DNA of 64,000 nucleotides from Octopus bimaculoides (Eukaryota): NCBI RefSeq assembly GCF_001194135.2, contig NC_068989.1, positions 26,055,607 to 26,119,606 on the forward strand. The letters run 5' to 3'. Positions 39,229 to 52,322 of this stretch are shown piece by piece; within the stretch, counting starts at the first letter, position 1; each line of letters begins with the position of its first letter. The position numbers and the translations under genes are program-made. The notes under the pieces are model-generated. The model was not told the origin of the DNA. It saw nothing but the letters and a program-made list of their open reading frames with translations, and made no database searches.

Positions 39229-39720
39229 AACAACATTATTGTAGGTATGGATGTCGTTATTCATGTTATTAGTGTCTTTACTGTTACTTGAGCTAGTAGT
39301 GGTGCCGTTGTCGCTGGTTCTTGCTTTGGGGTTTGCTATTTGGTATCTGCTATTGACCTCCCCTTCGCCATTTCTCGTACTACTACTGCTATTCTGGGCC
39401 CTTAGTTTTGCGTGGTTGTGTTTTTTCTGTTTGTTCGTTATTCTCTACATTATTGTTATCATTATTGTTGTTGTTACCGTCATTGTCGTTGTTCTTGCTG
39501 GTACCAATCTTTGGTATGTTGACATTACCATCGCATACATTTCCTCTTCTGTTGCTGCTGCCCTTTTTGATCCTTATTTTGGCATTTTCTTGTGTTTTTC
39601 TTTCATACTGTTGTCATTGTGTTGTTGCTGCTGTTAGTGCCAAATTGTTCAATGGCATTGTTGTTCTTGCCGTTGTTCGTTTTGTTGCGGCCGTTTGTGT
39701 AATAACTGTCTATATCAGGA
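38780..39720. repeat. Compound trinucleotide repeats (GCT, 15-bp gttttcgttattgtt units, TAT, TAC, CAC, GTT)
   Basis: Directly visible. This is the source of the poly-I/T/L/V ORFs in the track. Confidence 0.95.
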
Positions 39721-41470
39721 GGCTTGTAGGTATAGCTTCGAGGTGACTCTCACAGCCTCCCCATCGTCACAGATATCATGCCTTCATTAGTCTCTTATTT
39801 TCGTTCTTCAAACTAAAAGCATTTAAATCTACACCAGTCAGTTAGATACTAGCCTATCAATCTCTCCCTCCTTCTCTATTCATCTCCATCTCTTCGATTT
39901 CATACACCTCTGCACGCCTCAGTACTTTCCCTCCAGTGTCAATCCACATTCATTTTTGTACTAACCACTACCATCTTGCTCAACAACTCACCCCTACACT
40001 CTGTCCACCTCCCTCTATCTTCTCTCATACCTTTCTACATACCTTAGTAATGTCCATCTGCCACTGAATTAGACACTTTCCTCCATCAAATAATTCCCTT
40101 TTCCCACTATCTGATCATCCAATAATTCTATAGCTATTATCCTTAAACTTTGACACCTATGCACAAACCCAGCACAACAGACTGTTCTTCAATTATTATC
40201 TAATCTGCCCTTCACACTCATCTCCTAACTCTCCACCTCTATCACCACCTTACTTAATGCCCTCATTATTAACCACCTTTTTGCAGAACTAACTATCCGT
40301 TCTCCTCTCACAATTCCCTCACATAACCCCACCGAACCTCCTACTCTCCCATCTAATATAGCCGGCTCTCTGCATTTAATAATACCAAATTTGAACATTT
40401 CTGAATTAACATCTGAAATGTAAGGTATTCTCTACCGTGATGACGGAGGCTCGTCCTATCCAATGTTTTTCGTATCCCCTACGGCCGCATATTGTGATGA
40501 ACTATATCTACCGACATTATAATGCATCACCGAGCCCCCATGAAGCAGCTATTCGAATTATAACGCCTTTCTTCTCAACATTTAATCTTCTCTATGGTTT
40601 CTACTCTGTGTTGGTTGGGTCTATTAATATAGGTATCTATACATGGAGAGTGAGTTAAATTTGAAATTAGAATTCAAGCATTCATGTTAGAAAGTAGTCA
40701 TTAAAATGCAGTAAAACTTGTTTCGGGTAAGCCCCTGGTTGTATACCTTCAGAACACATTTATCGGTTGTCATACGCGTTACTGCAGTTTGCTCGCTGGA
40801 TCTGCGTCATCAATTCCTACGTACAAGTTCGATTTATTTTAAATGATTGATATGGTAGACGGAATGTAACTAGAAACTTTATTCAGCACAGCAATCGTTT
40901 TGGCTTCGTTTCGCACAACTCTCTATCGGGTATGAAACGAAATATTGACATCAGATGCAACGCACGTTACAGGGAGCATACATACATACATGCATACATA
41001 CATGCATACATACATACATATGTAGTTTATTATGAAAGCTGCAAATTATTCACACTACAATCACACAGAGTGTTTCGTTCCTGTTCGTCGGACAGTTATG
41101 ATGAATACTGAATTTTAGATTATAATTGTGCATGTAATATTTTGCTGTATAACGAATAAGCTTTTAATCTGTTTGGTTAAGTTTTCAAACTCATAATTGT
41201 AAAAATTTGGTAATGTGTGGATATTTAAAGTAATTGAAAGATATACTACATTGAAAAAAGCGTTACGTTGGATGGGCAAGAATATTAAAATAAGTGATAA
41301 TTAGTAATGGGACTGGAATAATAGGGTGGTGGGTATTGAAATATTGAAATAAATTAAACTGAAAGTTATGTTATGCATCTATGGGTATACGCACACAAAG
41401 CGTTATGTTATGCAAGCATGAATAAACTCACATAGCATTATGCACAAACGTACATAAACTCATCTACAAC

Positions 41471-41516
<46 letters not shown>

Positions 41517-42431
41517 AAAGGAATGGTAAAGGAATAAAAAAATAATATAAACGCATTCACAGCTATATACTCATACACACCTATATAGGCATATACACAC
41601 AATCCCCAAAACGAAATATAATACTTAAGATACAATGTATAGATCTATATTCACAGTTACATGCAAGTTTTTTGTTAATACATGCATACACATGCACATA
41701 CATACACATGCACATACAAAATACATACATAATACATACATACACATGCACATACAAAATACATACATACACATGCACAAAACATTGATGGTATATAAAC
41801 AAATAACCGCCTACTCACACAACATACACAGGGCAGAGTAGCGGAATGTTTTCAACTACGACATTAGTTAAATGTAATATATTTAATTTAACAACATTGT
41901 CGTGTGAAGTGGAGTAGCTGGAATGCGTGGCAGGTGGTGGGAGGGAAGAGGGAAGAGAGATGGAAGAGTCGAGAAAGGGAAAGTGGGCGTAGGAGAGATG
42001 AAAGTAGGTGACTGTTGGTGATATGCAATAAGACCTCTATGCAAAATGTAAAAGTGAAAATAAAAAAATAATAATAATGTGTATAAACCTATGTATATAC
42101 ACACACGTGTATGCACTTGCATACGTATATATCTATACATACGCACGCATTCACATACATGTAGTATATACATAAATGCACAAATAAACACAAATAAAAA
42201 AATACAGAAAGTGCGTACATATATAAATGCATGCATGCACGCATACATAGGACACGTGTTAATTATATAGATGCATATAGATGTATTTACGCACAAAAAT
42301 ATATATGCACGTACTCACAGATACGACTGTATGTATATATAATTATTGGGTTATAAATATTCTTTTAAGTGTATATTTATGAAACGCTTCATTATATGGA
42401 TTGCAATCCATATAAGATGGATGGTAACCTT

Positions 42432-42585
42432 ACTTAAACATTTGTTGTTTGTAATGTGGTGTTGTAATTTTCGTCACTCCAAATTTGCGACCTGGTTATT
42501 GTCATGGAAAGGCGCAGAGAGGCCAGATTGTAGTTTGGAGTGACTAAAATTCGAACACTACATTACATACTTTAAATGTTTAAGT
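42432..42585. repeat. 154-bp imperfect inverted repeat (52-bp arms, 44/52 complementary)
   Basis: The left arm acttaaacatttgttgtttgtaatgtggtgttgtaattttcgtcactccaaa pairs with tttggagtgactaaaattcgaacactacattacatactttaaatgtttaagt. Confidence 0.9.
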
Positions 42586-43680
42586 GCTTCTAAATGGCTA
42601 ACATGTGTATTTCATGCTGCAATCACTTTCGATATTATTGCTGGTACAGTTTTGCAGTAAACGTTAGCAATATATTTGTCGCACTTAATTTTACATTCAG
42701 TGAAAAATATGATAATTGTCCCGTTTCTTTGTCTTGATCCAGTTGAGTAGTTATGTACAATCTCCAATCCACCACTTAGAAAAGTGTTAATGTAGTAGGG
42801 GAGGTTAACTTAGCGATTTCTCTGCGTAGCGAAAGTTTCCACTTACATCTTCTATAGTAAAACATGATCGTACATTATAAGATTTTTTCATAAGGTTTTG
42901 TAAATTGTCTGTATGAGTTGGCCGTTCTCTCGAAATCATCATGGAATTCAGATTACTTCGAAATTAGTCACTTTATTTTATGCAAAGTGTTTTATATCTT
43001 TGGAAAATGGTTTTACTAGTTTTGTTTAATATATGTTCAATTTCGTTTTTTGTTGCAGTTAAACAGTCTGTTGTATGGTATATTAAAAAATTACACTATG
43101 TAGATTGGCTAGGTTACATGTCCAAAATTTACAATAGCTGACATTATTTTAACCACTAGATACTGAACAGATAAGAGAAAATGAAGTATTGCTAATTTTA
43201 CGCATAGATTTTCGTCTACTTGCCTTGAACTTCATAGATATTTTGTTGAGTGCTTGTTCAACGGAAGCTGTACGATTATAGAAACTGACGCTGCTACGAT
43301 TTACAGAAAATAAAGTTAATCTATTGTAAATTAATTATTTGCTGTTAGAGTTTTAGACTAGAAGCTATTGTGAACATGTTTCCAGAAATGCAGTTAATTT
43401 AGAATACTATTAAATATTAATCACATACCATTTCACAATAATTATTTCATACGGGTATATACAAATTTTATTATGTAATAAAATACTCATATCATTTTTG
43501 CATTAAAGTTTCCATTAAAGGTTGAAGAATAGATGCCATAAGCTTTATTAATAAGGATATCACTGGTTCTCTCTCATTACAATATACTTAGAACAGAGAT
43601 ATCGCTTTGCCCTAATCTATAAATAGATAAATAATGCATATGGCTACAAGCCAGTTGAGTTAGCAGCTGTTAGTGTTTCA

Positions 43681-43797
43681 GACATGTTACGTTGAAATAT
43701 AAACCTAATAATTCTTAACAGGCATGTTAGATTGTTTAAATATAAACAGGTTCTGCAACGCATGTTATATTGTTTAAATATAAACAGGTGCTGCAAC
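43681..43797 (+). repeat. Short tandem duplication: two 38-bp units plus one diverged unit
   Basis: gcatgttagattgtttaaatataaacaggttctgcaac is repeated with 2 substitutions. Confidence 0.9.
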
Positions 43798-44699
43798 GCA
43801 ACACGTATGAATATTTGTGCAGTTTGAGGTGAATGCTACTGCTGTTTAATCAACCCGCAAAACAAGACGAGACACCGTTCTGAAACGTTGTTGCCATCCT
43901 GACAGAAATTACGATTAAGCATAAACACACTGACATATTGAAATATACACAAACGTAGATTGTGTATATCTCAGGATGCATGTCGAAGTTCTTTTTGTGC
44001 CGATGAAGGTAAGAACTTTGCGTCAGACCGGTCCACATATACACCTGTTCCATTAAATACATAGCTTCATGCTATAATGGTATGTATGTATACCTTATAC
44101 TGTTGGATCTATTATTTTCAGTGTAATTTTTAGTGGTCCAAATGGGGGTTTTAAATTATTTCTAGCGGGTAGACACTTCAATCTGTTCTTTGATTAATAT
44201 AATTTTAATTCTATAGCTTGATAACACTGATTTAGGCCTGCAAACACCTATATTATTATTGTTGTTATGATGGACTTATATTGATTTCGATAATAATAAC
44301 GATATTAGTATCTATATAAATAATCGATCCTGAATATTTTTCCTGCTGATATATATATATATATATATATATTAACATATTAGCGACATAGGCACTAGTA
44401 ATACTGAGAAGTAATGTTTATACCCACTTAAATGTGGATGCTCTATTAGAACAAACTATACTGCGGTAGTTACCATGAGAGATACCCTTATATTTGTTTG
44501 TTGGGTGTCAAATGCACTCCTATTTCCATCACTACCGGGGAAATTAAATCCCCATTACTGCCAGCACCGAGACCACCAGATCTCGTGGTTTGACCGAGTT
44601 TCGTTTTGTCAATGATGAGAACAGAGGCAGCAGTGATTCATTCCCCCCCCCCAGCAATATATAGAGTGACAGTGAAGTGTGTCTAGGTACTAGCTTGAA

Positions 44700-44930
44700 T
44701 GTATCATAAGCAGCTTGCTTTCGAAGCAAATGGTTACTGGTAGAGTCCTACAGGGTGACACCTTGGACAAGTGTACTTTGCTATATCCTCCGGCCGACCA
44801 AAGCCTTGTGAGTGGATTTTGAAGACGAAAACTGAAAAACCACGTCGTATATGTGTGTGTGGGTGTGTGAGTGCACGCACGCTAGCATATTTACGTGTGT
44901 AGGTTTGTGTCTCTTTTTGTTCCCCACAAG
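44700..44930 (+). mobile_element. SINE family A fragment
   Basis: gacaccttggacaagtgtac...ggccgaccaaagccttgtgagtggatttt. Confidence 0.85.
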
Positions 44931-45325
44931 CACCAGTAGGATAATCTCTAAACTTCCAATCAACAGAGAGAACTTCAAATAGTGCGTCCCGCATCAGTTG
45001 CAAGGAGACCTAAGAAAAAGTAAGATAATTTTGTTCAAACCTCCATTTCACCTGGATGTTTCAATGAACATGTGTGGGAGCTTCCTGTCGTTGATTAGAA
45101 AGCATTTCTAGATGCCATAAGTACAATAAACATTTCAAAATCCGCAAGACCAAGATGTTCAACTTCTGCTTGGACACATCGAACGCTACAATAGAGGCAA
45201 GCGTACACTTACATACTCTGCAATGAATACAGCACCATGTAACGAGCAAAATCGCACCAACTGCCCCACTAACTGCATTCTGCCTTTCAAGGTCTGTGCT
45301 CGACAGTGCCACCTTCAAACAAAAA
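44930..45325 (+). mobile_element. Penelope-like fragment (thumb/linker)
   Basis: SRIISKLPINRENF and KSKIILFKPPFHLDVSMNMCGSFLSLIRKHF, related to RKIIWFNPPFSLNVSTNIG.KFL.LIDKHF. Confidence 0.8.
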
Positions 45326-45419
45326 CTATGTTATCCTATGTTTATAGACAGGATGAAGCGAAGAAAGAATTCAAGAAATAAATGTGGTTTCGCGGCGGAG
45401 AAAGATAAAGAAGAATGGC

Positions 45420-46920
45420 GGGGGTAGAGAAAGAGAAATAGAAGGAATATGCTGCTAGCATGGCTAAGTGTTACGTAAGGATTGAATCGTAATGAAGAGA
45501 GATTATAGACTTTGCGAAATTGAAAAATTGGAGTAGAATTTGTTCTTTCATGAAAATATTCAGTCAGAGAACCTATTGAATAATGAGGACTTAGAGTGAA
45601 GGTTTGAGAGCGACTCTCTTGACCGAAATTTACAAGCACGGTGGTTAGTACTATACAGTGAAAACTCAAAAACAGTGGAGTAGGATAAGGTATAGGTAAT
45701 ATTTCGGGTCTTGAAGTTGGGCATATATGTAGCCATGGAGGTAGAGAGCCTAGTGGCTCAATTTGAAAACGAACTCAGATGAACCCGGTAGCGGGGCCTG
45801 AAATCAACACTGTCGCCAATAGACCCTAGCCTTGTGGGAACGTGGTATTATTACCCGGCGTTTATATACTGCATTGTAGAACAAACAAAAACAGTCCAAC
45901 GGACAAACTTGGGAAAACAAGCAATTTCAGGTTTTCCTACCAGCAGTGAGGTTATGATCAATCCCTATTCTGCTCCGGTTCATATGTGTGTTATCCTCAA
46001 AGAAAGAAGGGGGAGGGCGTCACTGCTGTTATATATGATCAGATTTGTCGTAGTATGGGGGTTATTATTACCAGTGTTAAGCTGTTAAATATGGTCAAAT
46101 TGCTAGTAGTATGGGTGGTACTACCAAGGTTGCAATTATTGAGGTGGATGGACTTCCCATGAATTGTAGTATTATTATTGGGTGGGTTTGGACGGGGTCC
46201 AGCGGGATAGATCGTAGGATGCGCCAATTAGGAGATGCATTATAATTTGGTGTTGAGAAGAGGAGATTTAAAACGAATATTTATTAAAGATTCGGTAGTA
46301 TTTATGTTGTGGTGGGAATTTGGAGCCCATTACTTTGAATAGAGAATGGACGTGCAAACCGTCAGATCTCCCACTTAGAAGGGCTTAGAAGGCGGTGATC
46401 TGATGGATAGTCCTACTTTACAAGGTTTTAGGTTATTCAGACTTAGGGGTTGCCGGAACCTCGCACGAGTAATGGGCATAGGAAATTTAGTTGGAGGTTG
46501 ATGGTATGAGGATCAATAGAATTAGGCCTGGCGCTGTCAGGATTTGCGCTGAGAAAGAAAATAGCAATATATATTTTAGTTTGGTGTTGGGATATAAAAG
46601 GTCTTTTTGCTAAACCGCTGATCTGGAGAGCTTGGGTATAGCAAAGGGCATGATTATTAAATATATCCTCATTTGCTGATGGGTTAAAATTCCTGAGAGA
46701 AATACCAGTGATAATGCTATTAAGGGTAAATTCAGGGTGATTGGACAGGGCATCCATATATTGTAGTAACCCATTCGGTTTATGATGAAAGCATATTGTC
46801 TCGCATGTAGGTAGACAGTGGCATTCAAGAAGTTAGATATTTTGTTCTTATTCACAAATGGGATAGAAAGATTCATTATTAAAGAATTTACGGGGAGACT
46901 AATTCGACAGGTTTTCATAT
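45420..46920 (-). mobile_element. Penelope-like element, RT C-terminus through the GIY-YIG region, decayed
   Basis: ISNFLNATV; SNHPEFTLNSIITGISLRNFNPSANEDIFNNHALCYTQALQISG; KFPPQHKYYRIFNK. Confidence 0.8.
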
Positions 46921-46979
46921 ATTTCTTTTATGTAGTTTAACTCTCACCGCTTAGGTCGACTGGAAGCTAGAAAAAACAT

Positions 46980-48066
46980 TTACGAGGGATGTTCATTACA
47001 TATTTACGCTGACCCATTTCTCGGGGACTGTGATGAACGAAACTTTGCATACTATTATTCCTTCTTTACATAATCACCATCAATAGTGACACACTTCTAT
47101 CACTTTTGCAGCTGTGAAGACCTCTTCTTCTGTAGAAGTTGGTAGGTTGTGTTTGGAGCCAAGACTTTGCCTCGGAAATAAGTTAATCATCCGAAAAGGC
47201 TTCTCCTTCAAAAAATACTTCATGGTTGTAAATATGTGGAAGTCAGATGCTGTGAGGCCGGGAGAGTAATAGTGATGAGGAAGGATTTCATAGCTACAGG
47301 AGCGTGCTTTCATCTTGGCAACATACACATTGTGAACTGAGGCGTTGTCTTGGTGGATGGGGACTCCTTTGGTCAGCATGACACGCTTTTCTGCTTTGAC
47401 GGCGTCCCGCGATCTCTACAGCAGTGAAGTATAATATTTCCTGTTCATTGTGTTGCCCTTTACCAGAAAATCCATTATTACTCCTCCGCGCTGGTCCAAA
47501 AAGGCTGTGAGCATCACCGTGCTTGCTGAGGGTTGGACATGAACCTTTTTCACAGATGGTGAGTTATCATGATTTCATTGCTTCGACTGGACCTAAATCT
47601 CAGGATCATAGTGTTGGACCCATTATTCCTCGTGTGTGATAAGTCTGCTGAAAAAGTCCTCCTCGTTTCGTTGGACCACTGCCAAAAGATCCTGGGATCA
47701 ATTGACTCCTTCCTGCTTCTAAAAAGGTATGAGAATCCACGGAATGTATCGTGCAGACAACTTCCACATATGCAAATGGTCACGTTTGATTTTTTCTACG
47801 GACCCTACACTTATTTTTGCTTCTTGGATTAACTGCCGAATAGCTATGCGGGGATCCTGAGAATGGCGGCTTCTACGTAATGAATGAGGTCTTCATCAAT
47901 GGCGGAATGTGGTCGTACAGGAATAGGAGTAGTTTCCACCGATGTCCAACTACATTTGAACTAGCGATTCCATTGCTTGACTACGTCGTATGATGGTGTA
48001 TCGTCACCATAAAGTTCTTTCATCTCATCGAAAGTCTCTTTTGGTGTACGACATTTCAGGTATAAG
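46980..48066 (-). mobile_element. Mariner element, 5'-truncated and decayed
   Basis: YGDDTPSYDVVKQW, VMLTAFLDQRG, IHQDNASVH and LPHHYYSPGLTASDFHIF. A TIR starting tacgagggatgttca lies at 46980. Confidence 0.92.
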
Positions 48067-48599
48067 AAATATATTTTTTATACTTTTATTATATTTCATC
48101 GTATTATAATTCTGACTGAATATTTAATTACATTTCCAGGTTTATGAATGGATATTATTGTGTGATATCTTCCGCATGTGTATTTGTGTATAACCTCGAG
48201 TGAACCAAACCATTATGAAATGACTTCAATGAATACTGTGTGGAATACTGCCGCAGATATAGTTTTTTGTCAATAAAATACCTGATTTTGTGTCGTTTTG
48301 TTTCTGCTTCAGTGTTGCGTTAAGTGTAAACGTGCTTTTGGTATCATTTAACATGTACATACATTTTTGGGGGCTAGTGTTTAAGGTGATGAACAACAAA
48401 ATAATCATTGTCGAAACTAGGAGTCATCAAAATTCACATAGAAATTATAGATTCTCTAATAGATATATTAGTCCATCTAAGTTCAGAAAGCTCTTCTGAG
48501 CAATTTACGTTTAATTGTACATATAATTATAGGCTTCGGGTTCAGCTTTGAGACAATATAAAACAATGATAAAACGCACAGACAACAACTGTTTCCAAG

Positions 48600-49900
48600 G
48601 ATAAACTGAACTACTGAATGTGTCCTATATCATTATTCATTCATCTTCAGAGCAGCTATGAAAATATTTAACTCGACGCAAAGTTCTAGTGGTTGTTGCT
48701 GACGCAATTGATATTGGAAATATTTTAAGGTGTTGAACGTGGTATTTTGAACACACTGCATCTCTTGTTGGGGTTCAATAGCATGTCTGCTTGTTTGAGG
48801 TATGATTATATAGCTAATCCCGAGGAACTTGAATAACAGTTTTGAAACGTCGTTTGTTTTAGGTGTAAACTTATGTGTTCATGCTGCTACGGCTGATCTG
48901 CTTTCCCCAATCTACTTTATTCCATCAATACTATATCTAGTAGTGATCAGCAAGACTAAAGCTAAGGAAAAAAGGCCGTGATACTCCTTGGAGCTTATCC
49001 TGGTTGACTAGAAATTGTTGTATCCCTTCAATGAATGGTAGCTGCTTTATTATCAATTACTGTTATTCGTGCTTTGAAACAATTAGGATCACTGCCACTA
49101 GAGAAAGAAACTGCCCTGATCTGCAACCAATCTTTCTGATTCTATTCAGGCAAACATTTAAACGAAGTAGTGGAAATTGTTCGTATAACATTTAAATTAA
49201 ATGGTCAGTTAATCCAAATATTGGTGTTGCACGCAACTGTGTTGGAGTTGATGAGGGATGTGATTTGGATTTTATTGAAAACGTTGTTATGACTGATTGA
49301 CTCACACAGAATGCAATTTTATGAAAGCATGTCTAGAACGAATTGTAGATATTGAGAAAATAAGTGTATTCTCTACTGTGATCTAAAAAGGGAGAGTATA
49401 AGCACAACTGTTGATGGGAGTATGTTTGGAATATGATTTGGGTTGGTAATATTGATGAATTAGGTACTTATCAGAGAATTTTATCGTACTTGGCGGGATC
49501 GATAACAATTATTCCAAAGACAACTTGTTTGAGAATATAATCAAAATGTATGTGGGTTGTATGTATGTTTGTATATACGTAACATGTTTCTTAATGATTA
49601 TACCTTAGCGTCATTCTGTAAATTAGGATATATTCAGTAGATTTCCTGTGGGGTATTTTTCTGTGTAGGCATGGAACTTTGGAATGCATCAGGATGGATG
49701 ACAATTAATTAACATGGTTATATTTTTCCAAAAGTTCTAGAAGTAAGTGAGTGTAGTTGTAATCGGGAATTGAAATCACTTGGAATATAAATTTCTAGGA
49801 GATTATTGCTATGAAGAAATTAATTGAAGGGCAATACCCTATTCGAAATTAATGAGTCGGCAGAATTTAAAACGTTTTTCTATGTTTTGATATTTTTTCA
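48600..49900 (-). mobile_element. Heavily decayed Penelope-like fragment
   Basis: Weak GIY-YIG-like IGESR segment and a thumb-like NITNPNHIPNILPSTV segment, with many stops. Confidence 0.45.
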
Positions 49901-51191
49901 AAGTGAATTTCAATACGTTTCTTGTAGTAATTCACCTCGTTCTTGTCGCACATTTTGAACAACATTAAGTGTTAATATTTTGAAAGTATAAAATTCATTT
50001 CAATAACTATCCGTTGCTATTCATTTCACTTACTTGTAATATCGGCCAGTTTTAGTAATGTAATTTTCTGGATCATGTATCTTTTCAGAGATTAATATAA
50101 TAACCGGATACGTTCTGTATTTTATCACATGACACATGACTGGATAACATTAAAAAACTCCACTAATTTATTTTAATCGTCCTTATATATGTTGGGTATT
50201 ACGTTTATAAAACAAATTCTAGATATGGATGGATATCAAAATCATACTTGGAATGTTCAATAAAATTAAACAAGTTCGAATGTTACACTTTCAACAACCT
50301 TAACTATGCAATAGGACAGGTGACATAATTTTAATTATTATGAAACATGTTTGAATGTTTCGTTTCCAATAAGCGAAACATTGTAACGAATAATGTTATT
50401 AAGATCTATAAATATATGAATCCAATAGAAGGACATTAACAGTTCAAATTTCCACGAGACATCGAGTTAAAAGAGTTTTGTTAAATATGTCTCGTGGACA
50501 TGGAATTATTCGTTCGGATCAGTGTTGGTATACTCAACTATAAGAAATTGCCTGTTATCCGAATCAGAATTTTAGTAATATATCCTTCATAAAACTGGTT
50601 ATATGAGTCTGTTTAAATAGAATGCAATCGTTTTTAAATTGTAGTTTCCTAAATATTGTCTCTTCATAGGTGAAAGTAGAACCACATAACTCTATTAATT
50701 CCTGAGCGCCAATAAATGTGGAACTATTTAGTATGACATATAGTTGTGCACTAAGTAGAGATGAAATGAAAATTGTATGAATCGGATGGGGCTTCAGTGG
50801 AGTTGATGTACTGTTTGAATATATGTTAAACACATTGGGTTTCGTTCAAATTGTTTTAGAAGATTGACTGCAAAAAAAAATCGTCTGAGAATAAGAGGCT
50901 ATGGATGTCTAGTGAGTGAATTTCTTATAAAACCTCTTTTTTTATAGCCTACTCTTAGATATAGACTTGGTTATTAATAAATATAGTTACAGACGGTAAA
51001 ATAATGTGGGGAATGACACCCTGATTCGGCTTTATACATGGATTACGAAACGCACGTGTGTGTGCCCACCCGTATATACACAGACAGCTAGATGCTAATT
51101 TTTCGCATAGGAATTTAGTTGGTGAAACTGCCAATTCCCATCGTCGAAACGTATACCTATCAACAGGTTACAATATCTTTGAAACTTTATA

Positions 51192-52322
51192 GCGGTGAGC
51201 TGGCAGAAACGTTAGCACGTCGGGGGAAATGCTTAGCGGTATTTCGTCTGCCGTTACGTTCTGAGTTCAAATTCCGCCGAGGTCGACTTTGCCTTTCATC
51301 CTTTCGGGATCGATAAATTAAGTACCAGTTACGCATTGGGGGTCGATGTAATCGACTTAATCCGTCTGTCCGTCCTTGTTTGTCCCCTTTATGTTTAGCC
51401 CCTTGTGGGCAATAAAGAAATAAGAAACGTTAGCGTGCCGGACGAAATGCTTAGAAGTATTTCGTATGTTTCTTACGTTCAGAGTTCAAATTCCGTTGGG
51501 GTCAACTTTGCCTTTCGTCATTACGGGATCGATAAGTTAAATACCAATTGCGTACTGAGGTCGATCTAATCGACTGGTCCCCTCCTCCAAAGGTTTAGGG
51601 CCTTTTACATAGAGTAGAAAAAATATTTACAATAATTAGAAGGCGGCGAGCGGCTAGAACCGTAGTACACCGGGCGAAATGCTTAGCGGTATTTCGTCTG
51701 TCTTTACGTTCTCAGTTCAAATTCCGCCGAGATCGACTTTGCCTTCAAAGCTTTCGGGGCCAATAAATTAAGTACCAGTTGTATGCTGGTGTCGATCCAA
51801 TCGACTGACCTCTCCCCCAAAATTTCGGGCCTTGTGCGTATAGTAGAAAAGAATATTTTAAAAAATTTTATAGTGCGGCGTGCTGGCAGAAATGTTAGCA
51901 CGCCGGGCTAAATGCGTAGCGGTATTTCGCCTGTCTCTACGTTCTGAGGTCAAATTCCGCCGAGGTTTTACTTTGCCTTTCATCCTTCCGGGTTCGATAA
52001 ATTAAGTAGTAGTTGTGTATTGGGATCTATCTAATCGACTGGCACCCTCCGCTAAAATTACGGGCCTTGTGCCTAGAGTAGAAAAGTATATTTTAAAAAT
52101 TTATGGTGGCGTGCTGGCAGAAATGTTAGCACGCTGGACGAAATGTTTAGTGGTATTTCGATTGTCTTTACGTTCTGAGTTCAAATTCCGCCGTGTCAAC
52201 TTTGATTTTAATCCTTTCAGGCTGGATAAATTAAGTACCAGTTGCGTACTGGCGTCGATCTATTCTACTGGCAACATCCTCCAAAAATGTTGGGCCTTGT
52301 GCCTAAAGTAGAAAATAATATT
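51192..52322 (+). mobile_element. Five head-to-tail copies of SINE family B (about 231-bp period)
   Basis: Starts at about 51192, 51423, 51642, 51874 and 52105. Most carry an A-box-like tggcagaaa(c/t)gttag (truncated or altered in copies 2 and 3). All carry a B-box-like g(t/g)tcaaattcc and a diverged gactttgcctttcatcctttcgggatcgataaattaagtaccag centre. Confidence 0.92.

Noticed and set aside
38704-39746. Poly-I/L/T/V/Y ORFs resembling mucins or membrane proteins
   Set aside because: They are translations of trinucleotide repeats, open on both strands and in several frames.
39750-40380. C-rich strand-asymmetric tract, possibly a retroelement remnant
   Set aside because: No protein motif could be recovered, so it was left unassigned.
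50564-50867. Minus-strand 89-codon ORF near a strong acceptor
   Set aside because: The frame from the acceptor hits a stop after 24 codons, and no homology or donor was recognised.
51192-52322. tRNA gene cluster
   Set aside because: A/B-box-like motifs are present, but there is no cloverleaf. They are SINE heads followed by shared non-tRNA bodies.
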